Assembly (NCBI GenBank): GCA_963813715.1
Contig: CAWFAK010000007.1
Location: 160,001 to 224,000 of the forward strand
From: an uncultured Planctomycetaceae bacterium
GTDB lineage: Bacteria > Planctomycetota > Planctomycetia > Planctomycetales > Planctomycetaceae
Reading direction: 5' to 3'
DNA: 64,000 bases
How positions within the stretch are numbered: the stretch's first letter is position 1; each line of letters begins with the position of its first letter. A model generated the notes under the pieces. It was not told where the DNA came from. It ran no database searches and saw only the letters and a program-made list of their open reading frames with translations. Below are positions 33,954 to 44,791 of the stretch, in pieces. A program made the position numbers and the translations under genes.

Positions 33954-35364
33954 CTAGAGCTGCGGTTGCGAGTCCCGCTCTGCCGATTTCGGGGCACGCA
34001 GCGTCCGCAGGAAGGCCAACAGCTCTTCCTTTTGTTCCCACTTGAGCTGCTTATACTTGTCGGCCACGCTCTTGGCCTGTCCGGCGTGCAACTCGATGGC
34101 TTGGTTCAAGTCCGCGGCCCGGCCGTCGTGCAAATAGGGAGCGGAGTCGGCCACGCCCCACAGCGGCGGCGTCCGCCACTCGCTCGATTGAGGCGCTCCG
34201 CCCTCGGCGAAGTCGGGCAGGTTCGGCGGCAAGTCGCCATACGTCCCGCCGCCGACCAGCGTCTGCCCCATGCGATGCAGCAGCAGATCGCTGTAAATTC
34301 CCTTGGCCGGGCCGACGTCTTGCTTGTGGCAATCGGAGCAGCCGATCAGGTCAAAACGCTTTTTGCCTTCGGCGGCCTGGCGCCTGCGCAGGTGAATCGG
34401 GCACTTCTTCGACCGGATGGCCGAGCGTGCCGACATACGCCGTCAGCTGATCGCACTGCTCGTTGGTCAGATCGAGACCCGGAGCCTTGTAATCGCGCTT
34501 GGCCATCGACACGGGCTGCGGCTGGCTTGGATTGCCGAGACCCAGCTCGTTCGCGCAGGCGGCCCGCACGAAGCCTCCCAGCGTCGTCGTCTGGGCTTTC
34601 CAGCCGAACCGACCGACGTGCCCGTCGACCAGTCGCAGCGCGCGACCGACCGGGTAATCGTCGGTGTCGGAGTCGGCGAGCGCCCACTTGAGGCGCTCAG
34701 CCCGTTCGTTGGCGATGATCGTCTCGTCCGGAATCGCGTCGATCAGATCGGCCCCGAACAGGGCCGGCGTGTTACGTTGCGACACGTCCATCCCGGTGAC
34801 GATGCCGATATTGGGGGCCGTCGTGCAATCGCGCTGCACCTTCGGCAACAAGTCGCTCAGCGGAGGCGGCGGGCTCGACTTCGGGAACGTCGGCGCCAGG
34901 AGGAACAGCGTTTCGGCAAATTGGTCATCCGTGGCGAACTTATGAACGACGCCCTGCCGCGAGCCCTTCGCGGTTCCGCTGGTTTGGGCCGGGGCCGCCT
35001 GCTGATTGCGGGTGTTGCGGAGCGCGCGATTCGCCGCGTCGCGGGCGTCCTCGACCGGATTGTCGATCTGCGTGAAGGTGGTCACGTTATTTTCGAGCGG
35101 ACCGCCGCCGCCGAGACCGGCCTGCTTGTGGCACTGTGAGCACGACTTGGCGTTGAACACGGGGCCCAACCCATCGCCGCCGCCGGCCAGCGGATCGTTG
35201 GGGGTCCACTCGTGAACGAACAGGTCACGACCGGCGGTCGCCGCCGCCACGTCATAGTGCGTTTGGGGCGTGGCCCGGACCAACCAGGAAGCTCCGCGGT
35301 AAGCGAAGGGGAGCACCAGCAGCACAGGAATAATCACCCGGAGCGAACCGAACGACCGCTTCAT
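33954..35364 (-). CDS. Di-haem oxidoreductase family (DUF1111-like); apparent frameshift near 34375
   Basis: GDGLGPVFNAKSCSQCH, RNTPALFG, GRFGWKAQ, GCSDCH, YSDLLLH, WRTPPLWG, YLHDGRA. Confidence 0.9.
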
Positions 35365-35572
35365 GACCCTCTCCCCAATCCCGGTAATGCCACACGCCAC
35401 CGACCGAACTGCCACCACAACTACCGCTCCCTAAGAGGGGGCCGGTGGGACTTTTTTGTCTATCGGACTTTCCGGCCGACTTTGGGGGCAGACTCTCAGT
35501 CGAATTTTCTGCACGATTTTGCAGCCTGCGGCTGGGCGGCGACCTCGAGATTAGCGCTAAACCGTCTTCCGG

Positions 35573-35767
35573 CTACGTCTTACGCCGTTTCTTCCGGGCC
35601 AGCTCTTGTTCGGCGGCTTCCAAGAGGACTTTTCGCGCCCAGCGCGATGAATTGCTCTCCCCGGCCGATTCGGCTGCTGAATCGACCTGCTGGCGCTCTT
35701 CGTCCGTCATGCGGATGCGAAACGGCTTGTCCCGGCGCTCTTCATCGGACAGAGGTTTCCTTCCCAT
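35573..35767 (-). CDS. Small ribbon-helix-helix (MobC/CopG-like) DNA-binding protein
   Basis: MGRKP...RDKPFRIRMTDEERQQVDSAAESAG..SSRWARKVLL matches the RHH pattern. Confidence 0.7.
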   Translation of the reverse strand: MGRKPLSDEERRDKPFRIRMTDEERQQVDSAAESAGESNSSRWARKVLLEAAEQELARKKRRKT

Positions 35768-35821
35768 CCGCGTCAGTGTTGCCACGATTTTTCTCCCGTC
35801 AACCTAAAACATGTAGCCACG

Positions 35822-36034
35822 TCTATTGCCTGGAGCCTGTTCTCTCGGGCCTTGATGGGCAGTTTTCATCACGTCAGCCGCAAGCACCTGCATCGGTATC
35901 TTTCGGAATTCGAGAGCCGGTTTAACTCGCGGCGTGAGGATTTGGGGCATTTCCTTGATCGCGTGCTTGCTCAGGCGGAAGGCCGGCAGCTATCGCACGG
36001 GGCGCTGGTTGGCCAAAAGATTACGCCAGCTTGA
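35822..36034 (+). pseudogene. C-terminal fragment of an IS1595-family transposase
   Basis: In-frame AWSLFSRALMGSFHHVSRKHLHRYLSEFESRFN is the IS1595 C-terminal signature; the zinc finger and most of the DDE domain are absent. Confidence 0.85.
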
Positions 36035-37184
36035 CTTCATCCCTTCCATCTTCGTGCCTCATGGTCCTGAATCGCTTTTCGTCGGGCCGCCCATTGGGCG
36101 CAAAGGCGCGAAGGTTAATTTCGTAGTCAGTACCCAGCGTTCCATATGAATCCATGCCACCGGGGCCATCGTGTCGAGCGTAAATGAAAATGCAGGTTTC
36201 TTCGATCTTGCAAAAATCAAAGAAGCGATGCCCTTTCCCGCTTATGTCAATCGTGCTCAGGTTCGTTTCAGACACACGTAAGCGCGGCGTCCCTGAAAGC
36301 CTGGGCTCAGTAAATTTTGGGCTCGATTCCACAATTTCGAGTGTTGCAGTAGTGGTGACTTCCAAATTGTTGATGACGCGAATTCTCCAGCCGCGCCAGC
36401 CACGAACCGGGACAGGGTCAATTGACACTGGCGACAGATCGTCGGGCAATTTTTCGGCCGTCGCCTGCGGGGTGCGTGGCTGCGTGATTCTTAAATCATC
36501 CTCGGTCAGATTGTTGAGGAGCGCCAGTAAGTGATAAATCGCGACGGGGCGCGAGTTGTCCTCTCGGCTAATACTTTCGATCCTTCTGATGAATCGGTTT
36601 GTCGCGCTGCCTTTGCACAGTTCTGACAGCATCGCATCCATGCGTTCAACCCACTTTTCCCATTCACCGCTCTTGTGTCCTGAAGGAAATTCCGGAACCC
36701 GATCAATCTCGATTTCGATTAGGGCTTTGGCCCCCTCTAGGCCACCCAATTTCACGGCGGCCGCGCGTCTGCCTTGCGGAGTTTCGGCAGCCTTTCGCGC
36801 TTCATGCCTACCCCGAAATTCGGCTTCCGCCAAATCAGCCAAGTTCAGATTCGCGACAGATTTAATGGCTTCGATCGTCCGCTCCAAATGCGGATGTTGA
36901 GCCTGGGCAGGCTTCCCTTTGACGAATATGCGGCGACGAATCCAACCCCAAGGTATCCACAGGCCTAGAAACAGCGCGCCTCCAACGATTCCCGCCACAA
37001 TTTTGACCCAGTTGTGCGCCACTGCATTCACAAACCATTCCGTGTTGTCCCATGAGGACGCGGCATCTTTAATGACGGACTTGCTGGTGAATGCGATGTA
37101 CACCAAAAGAAGGCTGACAACGGTGCCGACCGTCTGGCGCACGACGCTGATGCGCGGCAACCGGAGCTGGAAGAATTCACGCAT
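36021..37184 (-). CDS. Hypothetical protein with two N-terminal TM helices; probable IS passenger
   Basis: 387-aa ORF, visibly more AT-rich than its flanks, overlapping tail-to-tail with the transposase fragment. Confidence 0.75.
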   Translation of the reverse strand: MREFFQLRLPRISVVRQTVGTVVSLLLVYIAFTSKSVIKDAASSWDNTEWFVNAVAHNWVKIVAGIVGGALFLGLWIPWGWIRRRIFVKGKPAQAQHPHLERTIEAIKSVANLNLADLAEAEFRGRHEARKAAETPQGRRAAAVKLGGLEGAKALIEIEIDRVPEFPSGHKSGEWEKWVERMDAMLSELCKGSATNRFIRRIESISREDNSRPVAIYHLLALLNNLTEDDLRITQPRTPQATAEKLPDDLSPVSIDPVPVRGWRGWRIRVINNLEVTTTATLEIVESSPKFTEPRLSGTPRLRVSETNLSTIDISGKGHRFFDFCKIEETCIFIYARHDGPGGMDSYGTLGTDYEINLRAFAPNGRPDEKRFRTMRHEDGRDEVKLA

Positions 37185-37389
37185 GCCGCCACTCTAACAA
37201 AACGTGGCCACATGTGCAGGCGTCGCGTGTTGCTCATGCTTCGCAGCTTTCGTAAACTAGGTGCAGTAAGCCGCAAAATTGCCAAATACGTTTAACCGCC
37301 CGCCGATATCCCTCCTCGCTCTCGCTGCTGAGCGACCCCAACCGTTAGCCGCCTGGTTTTGTTAGCCGGGCCATCTGCTTAGGTGAGAT

Positions 37390-39951
37390 TTGCTCCCGAC
37401 CCGCCCGCCTGCGAGTTGGACCGTTGCGTGCGATTGCGCGCCGAAGCGGCGTGACAATCCTCGCACGCCGATCGGCCGGCGGACGCTGATCGGCGGCGGA
37501 TTGCTGGCCCTGATCGCCGCTGGCCTCGTCTGGCAGGCGGTGGGCCGGAGGGCAATCGGCGGCGACCAGCAACGACCGCCGTCCGAAAAGCCTTCGACCG
37601 CCCCGGCAGCCGCGGCCCCGATCGAACCCGCGCGGGCCTATCGCGAAACGATTCAGCCACTCGTCCGCAAATACTGCGTCGATTGTCACAGCAACGACAA
37701 CGTCAACGGCGGCGTGAATTTCGACAGTTTTTCCGATCTCTCGTCCGCCGTTGCCAGCCGCAAGACGTGGGACAAAGTCCGCAAGATGCTCGAGACCGGC
37801 GCGATGCCGCCGGCCGAACATCCGACACGACCCAACGAAGCCGAGGTGGCCGCCCTGCTCCGCGGCATCAATCAGTCGGTCTTCGACGACGACTGCGGCA
37901 AGTCTCACGATCCCGGTCATGTCACGATTCGGCGGCTGAATCGCGCCGAGTACAACAACACGATCCACGACCTGCTGGGCGTCTCGCTGCGGCCCGCCGA
38001 CGAATTTCCGTCCGACGACGTCGGCAACGGCTTCGACAACCAAGGCGACGTGCTGTCGATTTCGCCCCTGTTGATGGAGCGATATCTGACCGCTGCCGAG
38101 CGCGTTTCTTCCGTGGCGCTGTTCGGCGTCGATTTGAAAGCCCCGCCGATCGACCGCATCGAGATCCGCAAGCTCGCTACGCAAGGCTCGGCGCAGTTGG
38201 ACCGCAAGAAGTACGCGCGGGACAAGTACGTGTGGCTGCCCTCGGCGGGCTCGGTAAACGGCACGTTTCGCTGCCGCATGCAGGGCGAGTACGTGCTGCG
38301 CGTGATCGCCGTGGCCCGGCAAGCCGGGAACGAACGGCCGCGGCTCGAGGTGCAGATCGACGACCAACCGCGACAGGTTTTTCAGTTGAGGGGCAACAAC
38401 GCTCCCGACCGCTACGAAGTGCGGACGCAGCTCGCCAGCGGTCTCCACAAGTTTTCGGCCGCTTTCACCAACTCGCTCACCGAGCCGCCGGCTCCGCCCG
38501 CATTGCCACTGGTCGCGACGGCTCACACGAAGAAGAAAAAAGTCGTCCGACAACGGCTGGCGCGCGAACTCGAGCTGGAACGGTTTGAGGTCGAAGGCCC
38601 GTTCTCGATCGATGAACACGACCCGGCACTCGCGACGATCGAGACCCGCAACCGTATTTTGTCGCAGTCGACGGAAGCTGATGGTTCGGTGTCCGAGCGG
38701 GCGAATCGCATTCTCACCCGTATCGCGACGCGGGCCTTCCGCCGGCCGGTGAACAGCATCGAAATCAAACCGTACGTCGAATTGGCCGTCGCGTCGGCAC
38801 CGGGCGCTTCGCTCGATCGCGTCGTTCAAACGGGGCTGACGGCGATCCTGGTTTCGCCGCATTTCCTGTTTCGCGTCGAGCAGCCGGGAAGTCCGACTGA
38901 GGGCAAAGACGCGGTGCCGATCAGCGCGTTCGAGCTCGCCTCGCGGCTCTCCTACTTCCTTTGGAGCAGCATGCCGGACGACGAGCTGTTTCGCCTGGCT
39001 GGCGACGGCAGCCTCGAGCGGCCCGACATATTGGCGGCCCAGGTCCGCCGCATGCTCAAAGACAAGAAGTCGCAGGCGCTCGTCAGCAACTTTGCCGCCC
39101 AGTGGCTCAACCTGGGATTGTTGGATTTGGCGCGGCCCAACCCGAGAGTTTTCGACGCGTTCGACGGCGAATTGCAGAAGGACATGCGTCGCGAGACGGA
39201 TCTCTTCTTCCAGAGCCTGGTCCGCGACGACCGCCGCGTGCTCGATCTGCTCAACGGAAAATACACGTTTCTCAACGAGCGGTTGGCGAAGTTCTACGAC
39301 GTCAAAGGAGTGACAGGCGACGAATTCCGTGAAGTGTCGCTCGAGGGGCTGCCCCGTGCGGGCGTGCTGACGCAGGCGAGCATCCTCACGCTGACTTCGC
39401 AGCGCACGCGGACCTCGCCGGTCAAGCGGGGCAAATGGATCCTCGAAACCTTTTTGGGCGAGGCGCCGCCCCCGCCGCCGGCCAACGTCCCCGAGCTCTC
39501 CGAGACGCAAAAGTCCAATCCCAAGGCGTCTTTACGCGACCAGCTGGCGCTGCACCGCACGAGCGCCTCGTGCGCGGTTTGTCACAAAATTATGGATCCG
39601 CTGGGACTCGGACTGGAGAATTTCGACGGGATCGGCCGATGGCGCGAGAAGGAGAAAGATCATCCCATCGACGCCAGTGGCAGCCTGCCCGGCGGCGAAT
39701 CGTTTCGCGGGCCGGTCGAGCTGATCGGCGTGCTGAGCAAACGCCAGGACGCCTTTCGGCGGCACTTCGCCGAGACGCTCCTGGCGTATGCGCTGGGCCG
39801 CGGAATGGAGTATTATGATCGCTGCGCGATCGACCGGATCGTGGACGGCACGCGTCGCGGCGACGACCGTTTTTCGGCATTAGTCACCCAGATCGTCGAG
39901 AGCGATCCGTTTCTCTTGCGACGCGGAGGCGGGAACCGGAATGACCGATAA
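37390..39951 (+). CDS. DUF1592/1588/1587/1585/1595 planctomycete cytochrome c domain protein (start uncertain)
   Basis: YCVDCH, RRLNRAEYNNTI, GFDN, ELASRLSYFLWSSMPD, TSPVKRGKW, CAVCH, GLENFD, YALGR. Confidence 0.93.
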   Translation: MLPTRPPASWTVACDCAPKRRDNPRTPIGRRTLIGGGLLALIAAGLVWQAVGRRAIGGDQQRPPSEKPSTAPAAAAPIEPARAYRETIQPLVRKYCVDCHSNDNVNGGVNFDSFSDLSSAVASRKTWDKVRKMLETGAMPPAEHPTRPNEAEVAALLRGINQSVFDDDCGKSHDPGHVTIRRLNRAEYNNTIHDLLGVSLRPADEFPSDDVGNGFDNQGDVLSISPLLMERYLTAAERVSSVALFGVDLKAPPIDRIEIRKLATQGSAQLDRKKYARDKYVWLPSAGSVNGTFRCRMQGEYVLRVIAVARQAGNERPRLEVQIDDQPRQVFQLRGNNAPDRYEVRTQLASGLHKFSAAFTNSLTEPPAPPALPLVATAHTKKKKVVRQRLARELELERFEVEGPFSIDEHDPALATIETRNRILSQSTEADGSVSERANRILTRIATRAFRRPVNSIEIKPYVELAVASAPGASLDRVVQTGLTAILVSPHFLFRVEQPGSPTEGKDAVPISAFELASRLSYFLWSSMPDDELFRLAGDGSLERPDILAAQVRRMLKDKKSQALVSNFAAQWLNLGLLDLARPNPRVFDAFDGELQKDMRRETDLFFQSLVRDDRRVLDLLNGKYTFLNERLAKFYDVKGVTGDEFREVSLEGLPRAGVLTQASILTLTSQRTRTSPVKRGKWILETFLGEAPPPPPANVPELSETQKSNPKASLRDQLALHRTSASCAVCHKIMDPLGLGLENFDGIGRWREKEKDHPIDASGSLPGGESFRGPVELIGVLSKRQDAFRRHFAETLLAYALGRGMEYYDRCAIDRIVDGTRRGDDRFSALVTQIVESDPFLLRRGGGNRNDR

Positions 39952-41365
39952 CAAGTCACACGCCAACAAGTCCAACACGGTCGACAGCCAGCTCGGGTCG
40001 CTTGCCAAAGCGGGGCTGCAACGTCGCACGTTCCTCCGCGGCGCCGGGGTGGCGCTGGCGCTCCCTTGGCTCGAAGCCATGCTGCCCCGCTCTCTCGGTG
40101 CGGCCGCCGTCGGCAAGGGTGCGGTCAGCAAAGCCCTGGCGAAGCCGCCCGTCCGCATGGCCTTTCTCTTCACGCCCAACGGCGTGATCCCCTCAGCCTG
40201 GGAGCCGAAAGAGGGCGGCGCGAACTTCACCCTCTCACCCACGCTCGAGCCGTTGGCCCCCGTAAAAAGCGAAGTTATGGTGCTGAGCGGCCTGTCGCAG
40301 CATCGGGCTTACGCGCTCGGCGACGGAGCCGGCGATCATGCTCGCTCCGCCTCAGCGTTCCTGACCGGCGCGCATCCGTACAAAACGTCCGGCGCCAACA
40401 TTCGCGTGGGCGTATCGGTCGACCAGATCGCAGCGGCCAGGATCGGCCATCACACGCCGCTGCCGTCGCTGGAATTGGGCATCGACCGCAGTGCGACCGC
40501 GGGGAATTGCGATTCGGGTTACAGCTGTGCCTATTCGTCGTGCATCTCCTGGAAGACGCCGACGACCCCGATGGCCAAAGAGGTGAATCCCAAGCTCGTC
40601 TTCGAACGGATGTTCGGCAATGCCAACGTCGCTCCGCAAGAACGGGAACGCCGGAACTTCCTGCGGAAGAGCATTCTCGACCTCGTGCGGGACGACTCGG
40701 ATCGGCTCAACAAAAAGCTGGGGCTGGTCGACCGACACAAGATGGATGAATACACGACCGGCGTCCGCGAGCTGGAGCAGCGAATCGAGCTGGCCGGACA
40801 GGCCGCCGCTCGCCGACCGGCCGCCGCCACCGCACCGGTGGGCATTCCCGACGACTTCGCCAAGCACGTCGAGCTGATGTTCGACCTCTTGGCTCTGGCC
40901 TTCCAGACCGACATGACCCGCGTGGCCACCTTCATGTTCGGCAACGAGGGGAGCAACCGTGGCTACCCGATGGTCGGCGCCAAAGACGGGCACCATGCCC
41001 TCTCGCACCATCGCAACAACAAGGACATGATCGCCCAGATCAAGAAGATCGATCGCTATCTCGTCGGACATTACGCGGCCTTCCTCGGCAAGCTCCGCTC
41101 GATTCGCGAGGGGGAAGGAACGCTGTTGGACAATTGCATGGTGCTTTACGGCAGCGGCATCAAGGACGGCAACGCTCACTCGCACAACGATCTGCCGATC
41201 CTGCTGGCCGGTCGCGCCGGCGGCACGATCCGCCCCGGGCGCCACGTGCAGCTGCCGAAAGAGACTCCGCTCAACAATCTCTTCCTGGCCATGCTCGATC
41301 GCGTCGGCGCCGGCACCTCGCAGGTCGGCGACAGTACCGGTGCGGTCCACGGCCTCGACGGCTAG
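39941..41365 (+). CDS. DUF1552 family protein with Tat signal
   Basis: RRTFLRGAGVALALPWLEAM, SVDQ, SLEL, CDSGYSC, D.TRV.T, EGEGTLLDN, GNAH; overlaps the preceding gene. Confidence 0.93.
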   Translation: MTDNKSHANKSNTVDSQLGSLAKAGLQRRTFLRGAGVALALPWLEAMLPRSLGAAAVGKGAVSKALAKPPVRMAFLFTPNGVIPSAWEPKEGGANFTLSPTLEPLAPVKSEVMVLSGLSQHRAYALGDGAGDHARSASAFLTGAHPYKTSGANIRVGVSVDQIAAARIGHHTPLPSLELGIDRSATAGNCDSGYSCAYSSCISWKTPTTPMAKEVNPKLVFERMFGNANVAPQERERRNFLRKSILDLVRDDSDRLNKKLGLVDRHKMDEYTTGVRELEQRIELAGQAAARRPAAATAPVGIPDDFAKHVELMFDLLALAFQTDMTRVATFMFGNEGSNRGYPMVGAKDGHHALSHHRNNKDMIAQIKKIDRYLVGHYAAFLGKLRSIREGEGTLLDNCMVLYGSGIKDGNAHSHNDLPILLAGRAGGTIRPGRHVQLPKETPLNNLFLAMLDRVGAGTSQVGDSTGAVHGLDG

Positions 41366-41727
41366 CCGAGCCGGTAAAGAGCAAAGCGACGGTACGCCGA
41401 AGTGCGCCCTCTCGCGGTGAGCTCTCGAAGGTTCCCTCCGACACCCTGGCGAGCAACAGTCGGAAGTTATTTTTCCAGCAGGGCTGCGCTCATTCGCCAT
41501 CGCTCGTGCGCGCGCTATTTCTTTGCGTCGCGAGAAAATCGCCGATATGATGAACCCGCTGTGATGCGGGATTTCTTCAGGTCCTTCGTGACAGATCTTC
41601 GTCTCGCTCTCTTACGCCGCGATCATGGGATTTGCGGTGTTTCCTTTGACATTGTTTCATTTGGCCCTGTCTCACATTTGGCCCGGTTTCATTTGACGTT
41701 GTTCGATCACGAAGGAGCTTTCCAGCC

Positions 41728-43038
41728 ATGGCCCCGAATCCACGAGCGAATGTTGCGCGTCGACAGGCGGAGGATAACCCAGCCGGTCCACGAGCCTGGA
41801 TGCACGTTCTCTTAACCAGCTTCCTGACGGTCACGCTCTTTGGGCTGGCCGGCTGCGACAAGCCGCCGACCTGGAGCGAGCTGATCGGCAAGAAAAAGGA
41901 AGAGGCACCGGCCCCGGCACCGGTCGTCAAGCAGGCCGAGCCGACCAAGGCCGCGCCGGCCCCGGCCCCGAAACAGCCGGAAGCCCCCAAGAAGACGGCC
42001 CAGGAAGCCATGGCCCAATTCAACTCCACGCCCGTCTATCGCCGGACGAACGAGCAATTGGCGGAACTCGCCTCCTTCCCCGAGGTTCGCGATCAGATCA
42101 CGAACCTCGACATCCAGTCGAGCGCGGTCAACGACGCCGGGTTTGCGGCACTGCCCAAGTTCGACCACGTCGAGCAACTGAACATCAGCACGCTCAGCTA
42201 CGGCAACGAGGCGCTCGCCAACGTCGCCAAGATGAAAAGCGTCACCTCACTCTGGATGGCCAGGGGCGCGCAGAAGGACAAGAACAGCGACGCGGGGATG
42301 GGCTATATCAAGCAAATGAAGCAGCTCACCGAGCTGCACGTCGACGCCTCGAAGCTGACCGCGGCGGGGATTGCCGAGATCGCGCAGATGACCCAGCTCG
42401 AAAAGCTGTCGGTCGCCGGCGTCACAGGCTTTGCCGACGAGCACTTGGAGAAGCTGACGCCGCTGGTGAACCTCAAATATCTCGATCTCACCGGCACCTA
42501 TGTCACCGATAACGGGATGCAGTATCTATTGCCCTTCACGGAGCTGGAAGTGCTGAAGATGGCCAAGATGCAGGGCCTTCGCGGTCGCGGGCTGAAAGAG
42601 TTGATGACGAAGCACAAGGGACTGCCCCACCTTCTTCAATTGACGGTGTACGACAATCCCTATCTGTCGATCGAGGCGTACGAGGGGATCTCCCGGATGA
42701 AGACCCTGGTCAGCCTCGACGTTGGTGCCGCCAACTGCACCAACGCGGCCTTCACCGGCGCGATACCGCCGCTGAAAAACCTGGAATACCTCTCGGTCCA
42801 CGAAAATGACGCGCTCAGCGACCCGGCGATGGCGGTGCTGCCCAGGATGAAGAAGCTCAAGAACCTCTACTTTCAGAACAACAAGCTCATTAGCGACGCA
42901 TCGCTCCCGATGTTTGCCAAGGTGAAGACGCTCGAGGGCCTCGCGCTCTTGAACACCTTGGTCACGCCGACCGGCGCGGAGAAGCTCAAAAACAAGCTCA
43001 AGAACTGCAAGATCAACTACAACGGTCGGACGCTCTAG
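41728..43038 (+). CDS. Leucine-rich-repeat lipoprotein
   Basis: GAAGGAG RBS; LAGC lipobox; Pro/Ala linker; repeats such as LVNLKYLDLTGTYVTDNGM. Confidence 0.87.
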   Translation: MAPNPRANVARRQAEDNPAGPRAWMHVLLTSFLTVTLFGLAGCDKPPTWSELIGKKKEEAPAPAPVVKQAEPTKAAPAPAPKQPEAPKKTAQEAMAQFNSTPVYRRTNEQLAELASFPEVRDQITNLDIQSSAVNDAGFAALPKFDHVEQLNISTLSYGNEALANVAKMKSVTSLWMARGAQKDKNSDAGMGYIKQMKQLTELHVDASKLTAAGIAEIAQMTQLEKLSVAGVTGFADEHLEKLTPLVNLKYLDLTGTYVTDNGMQYLLPFTELEVLKMAKMQGLRGRGLKELMTKHKGLPHLLQLTVYDNPYLSIEAYEGISRMKTLVSLDVGAANCTNAAFTGAIPPLKNLEYLSVHENDALSDPAMAVLPRMKKLKNLYFQNNKLISDASLPMFAKVKTLEGLALLNTLVTPTGAEKLKNKLKNCKINYNGRTL

Positions 43039-43160
43039 TCGCGGGCGGATTCGATTTGCCGGAGGGGTTCGGTTTGCCGGAATCGTCCGGCAAACCGGCC
43101 GGCGCGGGCAGCTGAAACGCGGGACTGACCGATTCCGTCCAGACTCCGCCGCAGGCGACC

Positions 43161-44649
43161 TTACGGCAGGTCGGTCGAGCCCATCAGGTAGCGATCGCAT
43201 TCGCGCGCCGCGCCGCGGCCTTCGTTGATTGCCCAGACGATCAGGCTCTGCCCGCGGCGGCAGTCGCCGGCGGCAAACACCTTATCGACGTTCGTGCGGA
43301 ACTTGCCGTAGGGCGCTTTGTAGTTCGTCGTTCGCTCGTCCAGCTCGACGCCGAGTTGTGCCGAGGCGGCGGTCTCCGGCCCCAAGAAGCCCAGGGCCAA
43401 GAGCACCAGGTCGCACTCGAAAATTTCTTCCGAGCCCTCGATCACGCTGAAAGGCGCCTTGCCCGGGGTGGGCTTCGACCAGTCGACCCGCACCGCCTTG
43501 AGCGCTTGCACGTTGCCGGCGCCGTCGGATTGAAACTCGACAGTGGAGATGGCGAACTCGCGCGGGTCGCGGCCGAAACGGGCAGCCGCCTCGGCGTGCC
43601 CATAGTCGACGCGGAAGATGCGAGGCCACTGCGGCCAAGGGTTGTTGGCCGCCCGCGCCTCGGGCGGCATCGGCACGATCTCGAAATTCACTAAGTCGCG
43701 GCAGCCGTGCCGCATCGATGTGCCGATGCAGTCGGTCCCCGTGTCACCGCCGCCGATGACGATCACTCGCTTGTCCTTGGCGCTGAGATACCGCCCGTCG
43801 GCCAGTCCCGAATCGAGGAGGCTCTTGGTGTTGGCGTGCAAAAACTCCATCGCGAAGTGGATTCCCTTCAGCTCCCGCCCGGGAATCGGCAAATCGCGGG
43901 GCCGCGTCGCCCCGGTCGACAGCACAATGGCGTCGAAGCGGGCCAACAGGTCAGCCCCGGTCGGATCGCGGCCGACCTCCTTCCCGGTGAGGAACTCCAC
44001 TCCCTCCTCGGCCAACAGCCGCACGCGCCGCTCGACCACCGTTTTTTCGAGCTTCATGTTGGGGATGCCGTACATCAACAGGCCGCCGATGCGGTCGGAC
44101 CGCTCGAAGACGGTGACCTGATGGCCGGCGCTGATTGAGCTGCGCGGCCGCAGCCAGTCCGGCGGGACCTGAGCCGACCACGGCCACGGTCTTGCCGGTG
44201 CGGGAGCGAGGCGGCTTGGCCGTCACCCACCCCTCTTGAAAGCCGCGGTCGATGATCGCACATTCGATCGACTTGATCGTCACCGCCGGCTCGATGATGC
44301 CGAGCACGCAGGAGCCTTCGCACGGCGCCGGGCACACGCGGCCGGTAAATTCCGGAAAGTTGTTGGTCTTGTGCAGGCGGTCGAGCGCCTCGCGCCAGTG
44401 ATCCCGATAGACCAGGTCGTTCCATTCGGGGATCAGGTTGTTGACGGGGCAGCCGGCGGCCATGTTGGCCATCAAGTCGCCCGAGTGGCAGAACGGCACG
44501 CCGCAGTCCATGCAGCGCGCGCCTTGCTCGCGCAGCTCGCGCGGGCTCAAGTGCTCGTGGAATTCGTTCCAATCGAGCACGCGCAGCGCCGGCTCGCGGT
44601 CCGGCGGAAGCTGTCGCGAAAACTCGGTGAAGCCGGTCGGCTTTCCCAT
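43161..44649 (-). CDS. gltD: Glutamate synthase small subunit; apparent frameshift near 44130
   Basis: [71 protein letters not shown]. Confidence 0.95.
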
Positions 44650-44791
44650 CTCGTAGGGTGCTCTTAGCAGTCTAAGTAATGTCGATCGGAGTCAATGCCG
44701 TCAGCCCACTCTGGGTCCGGCGATGCGGCGGGCGGTTCGAGTCGAAGAACAGGCCGACACTCGGAAATCGAGTACCGCGCCAAATCGCGTT

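Larger units (their letters stand above)
35822..37272 (+). mobile_element. Truncated IS1595-family element with passenger gene and candidate right terminal repeat
   Basis: Transposase fragment plus AT-richer passenger; 37251-37272 reads GGCTTACTGCACCTAGTTTACG on the minus strand, resembling IS1595-family ends; no matching left end found. Confidence 0.6.
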
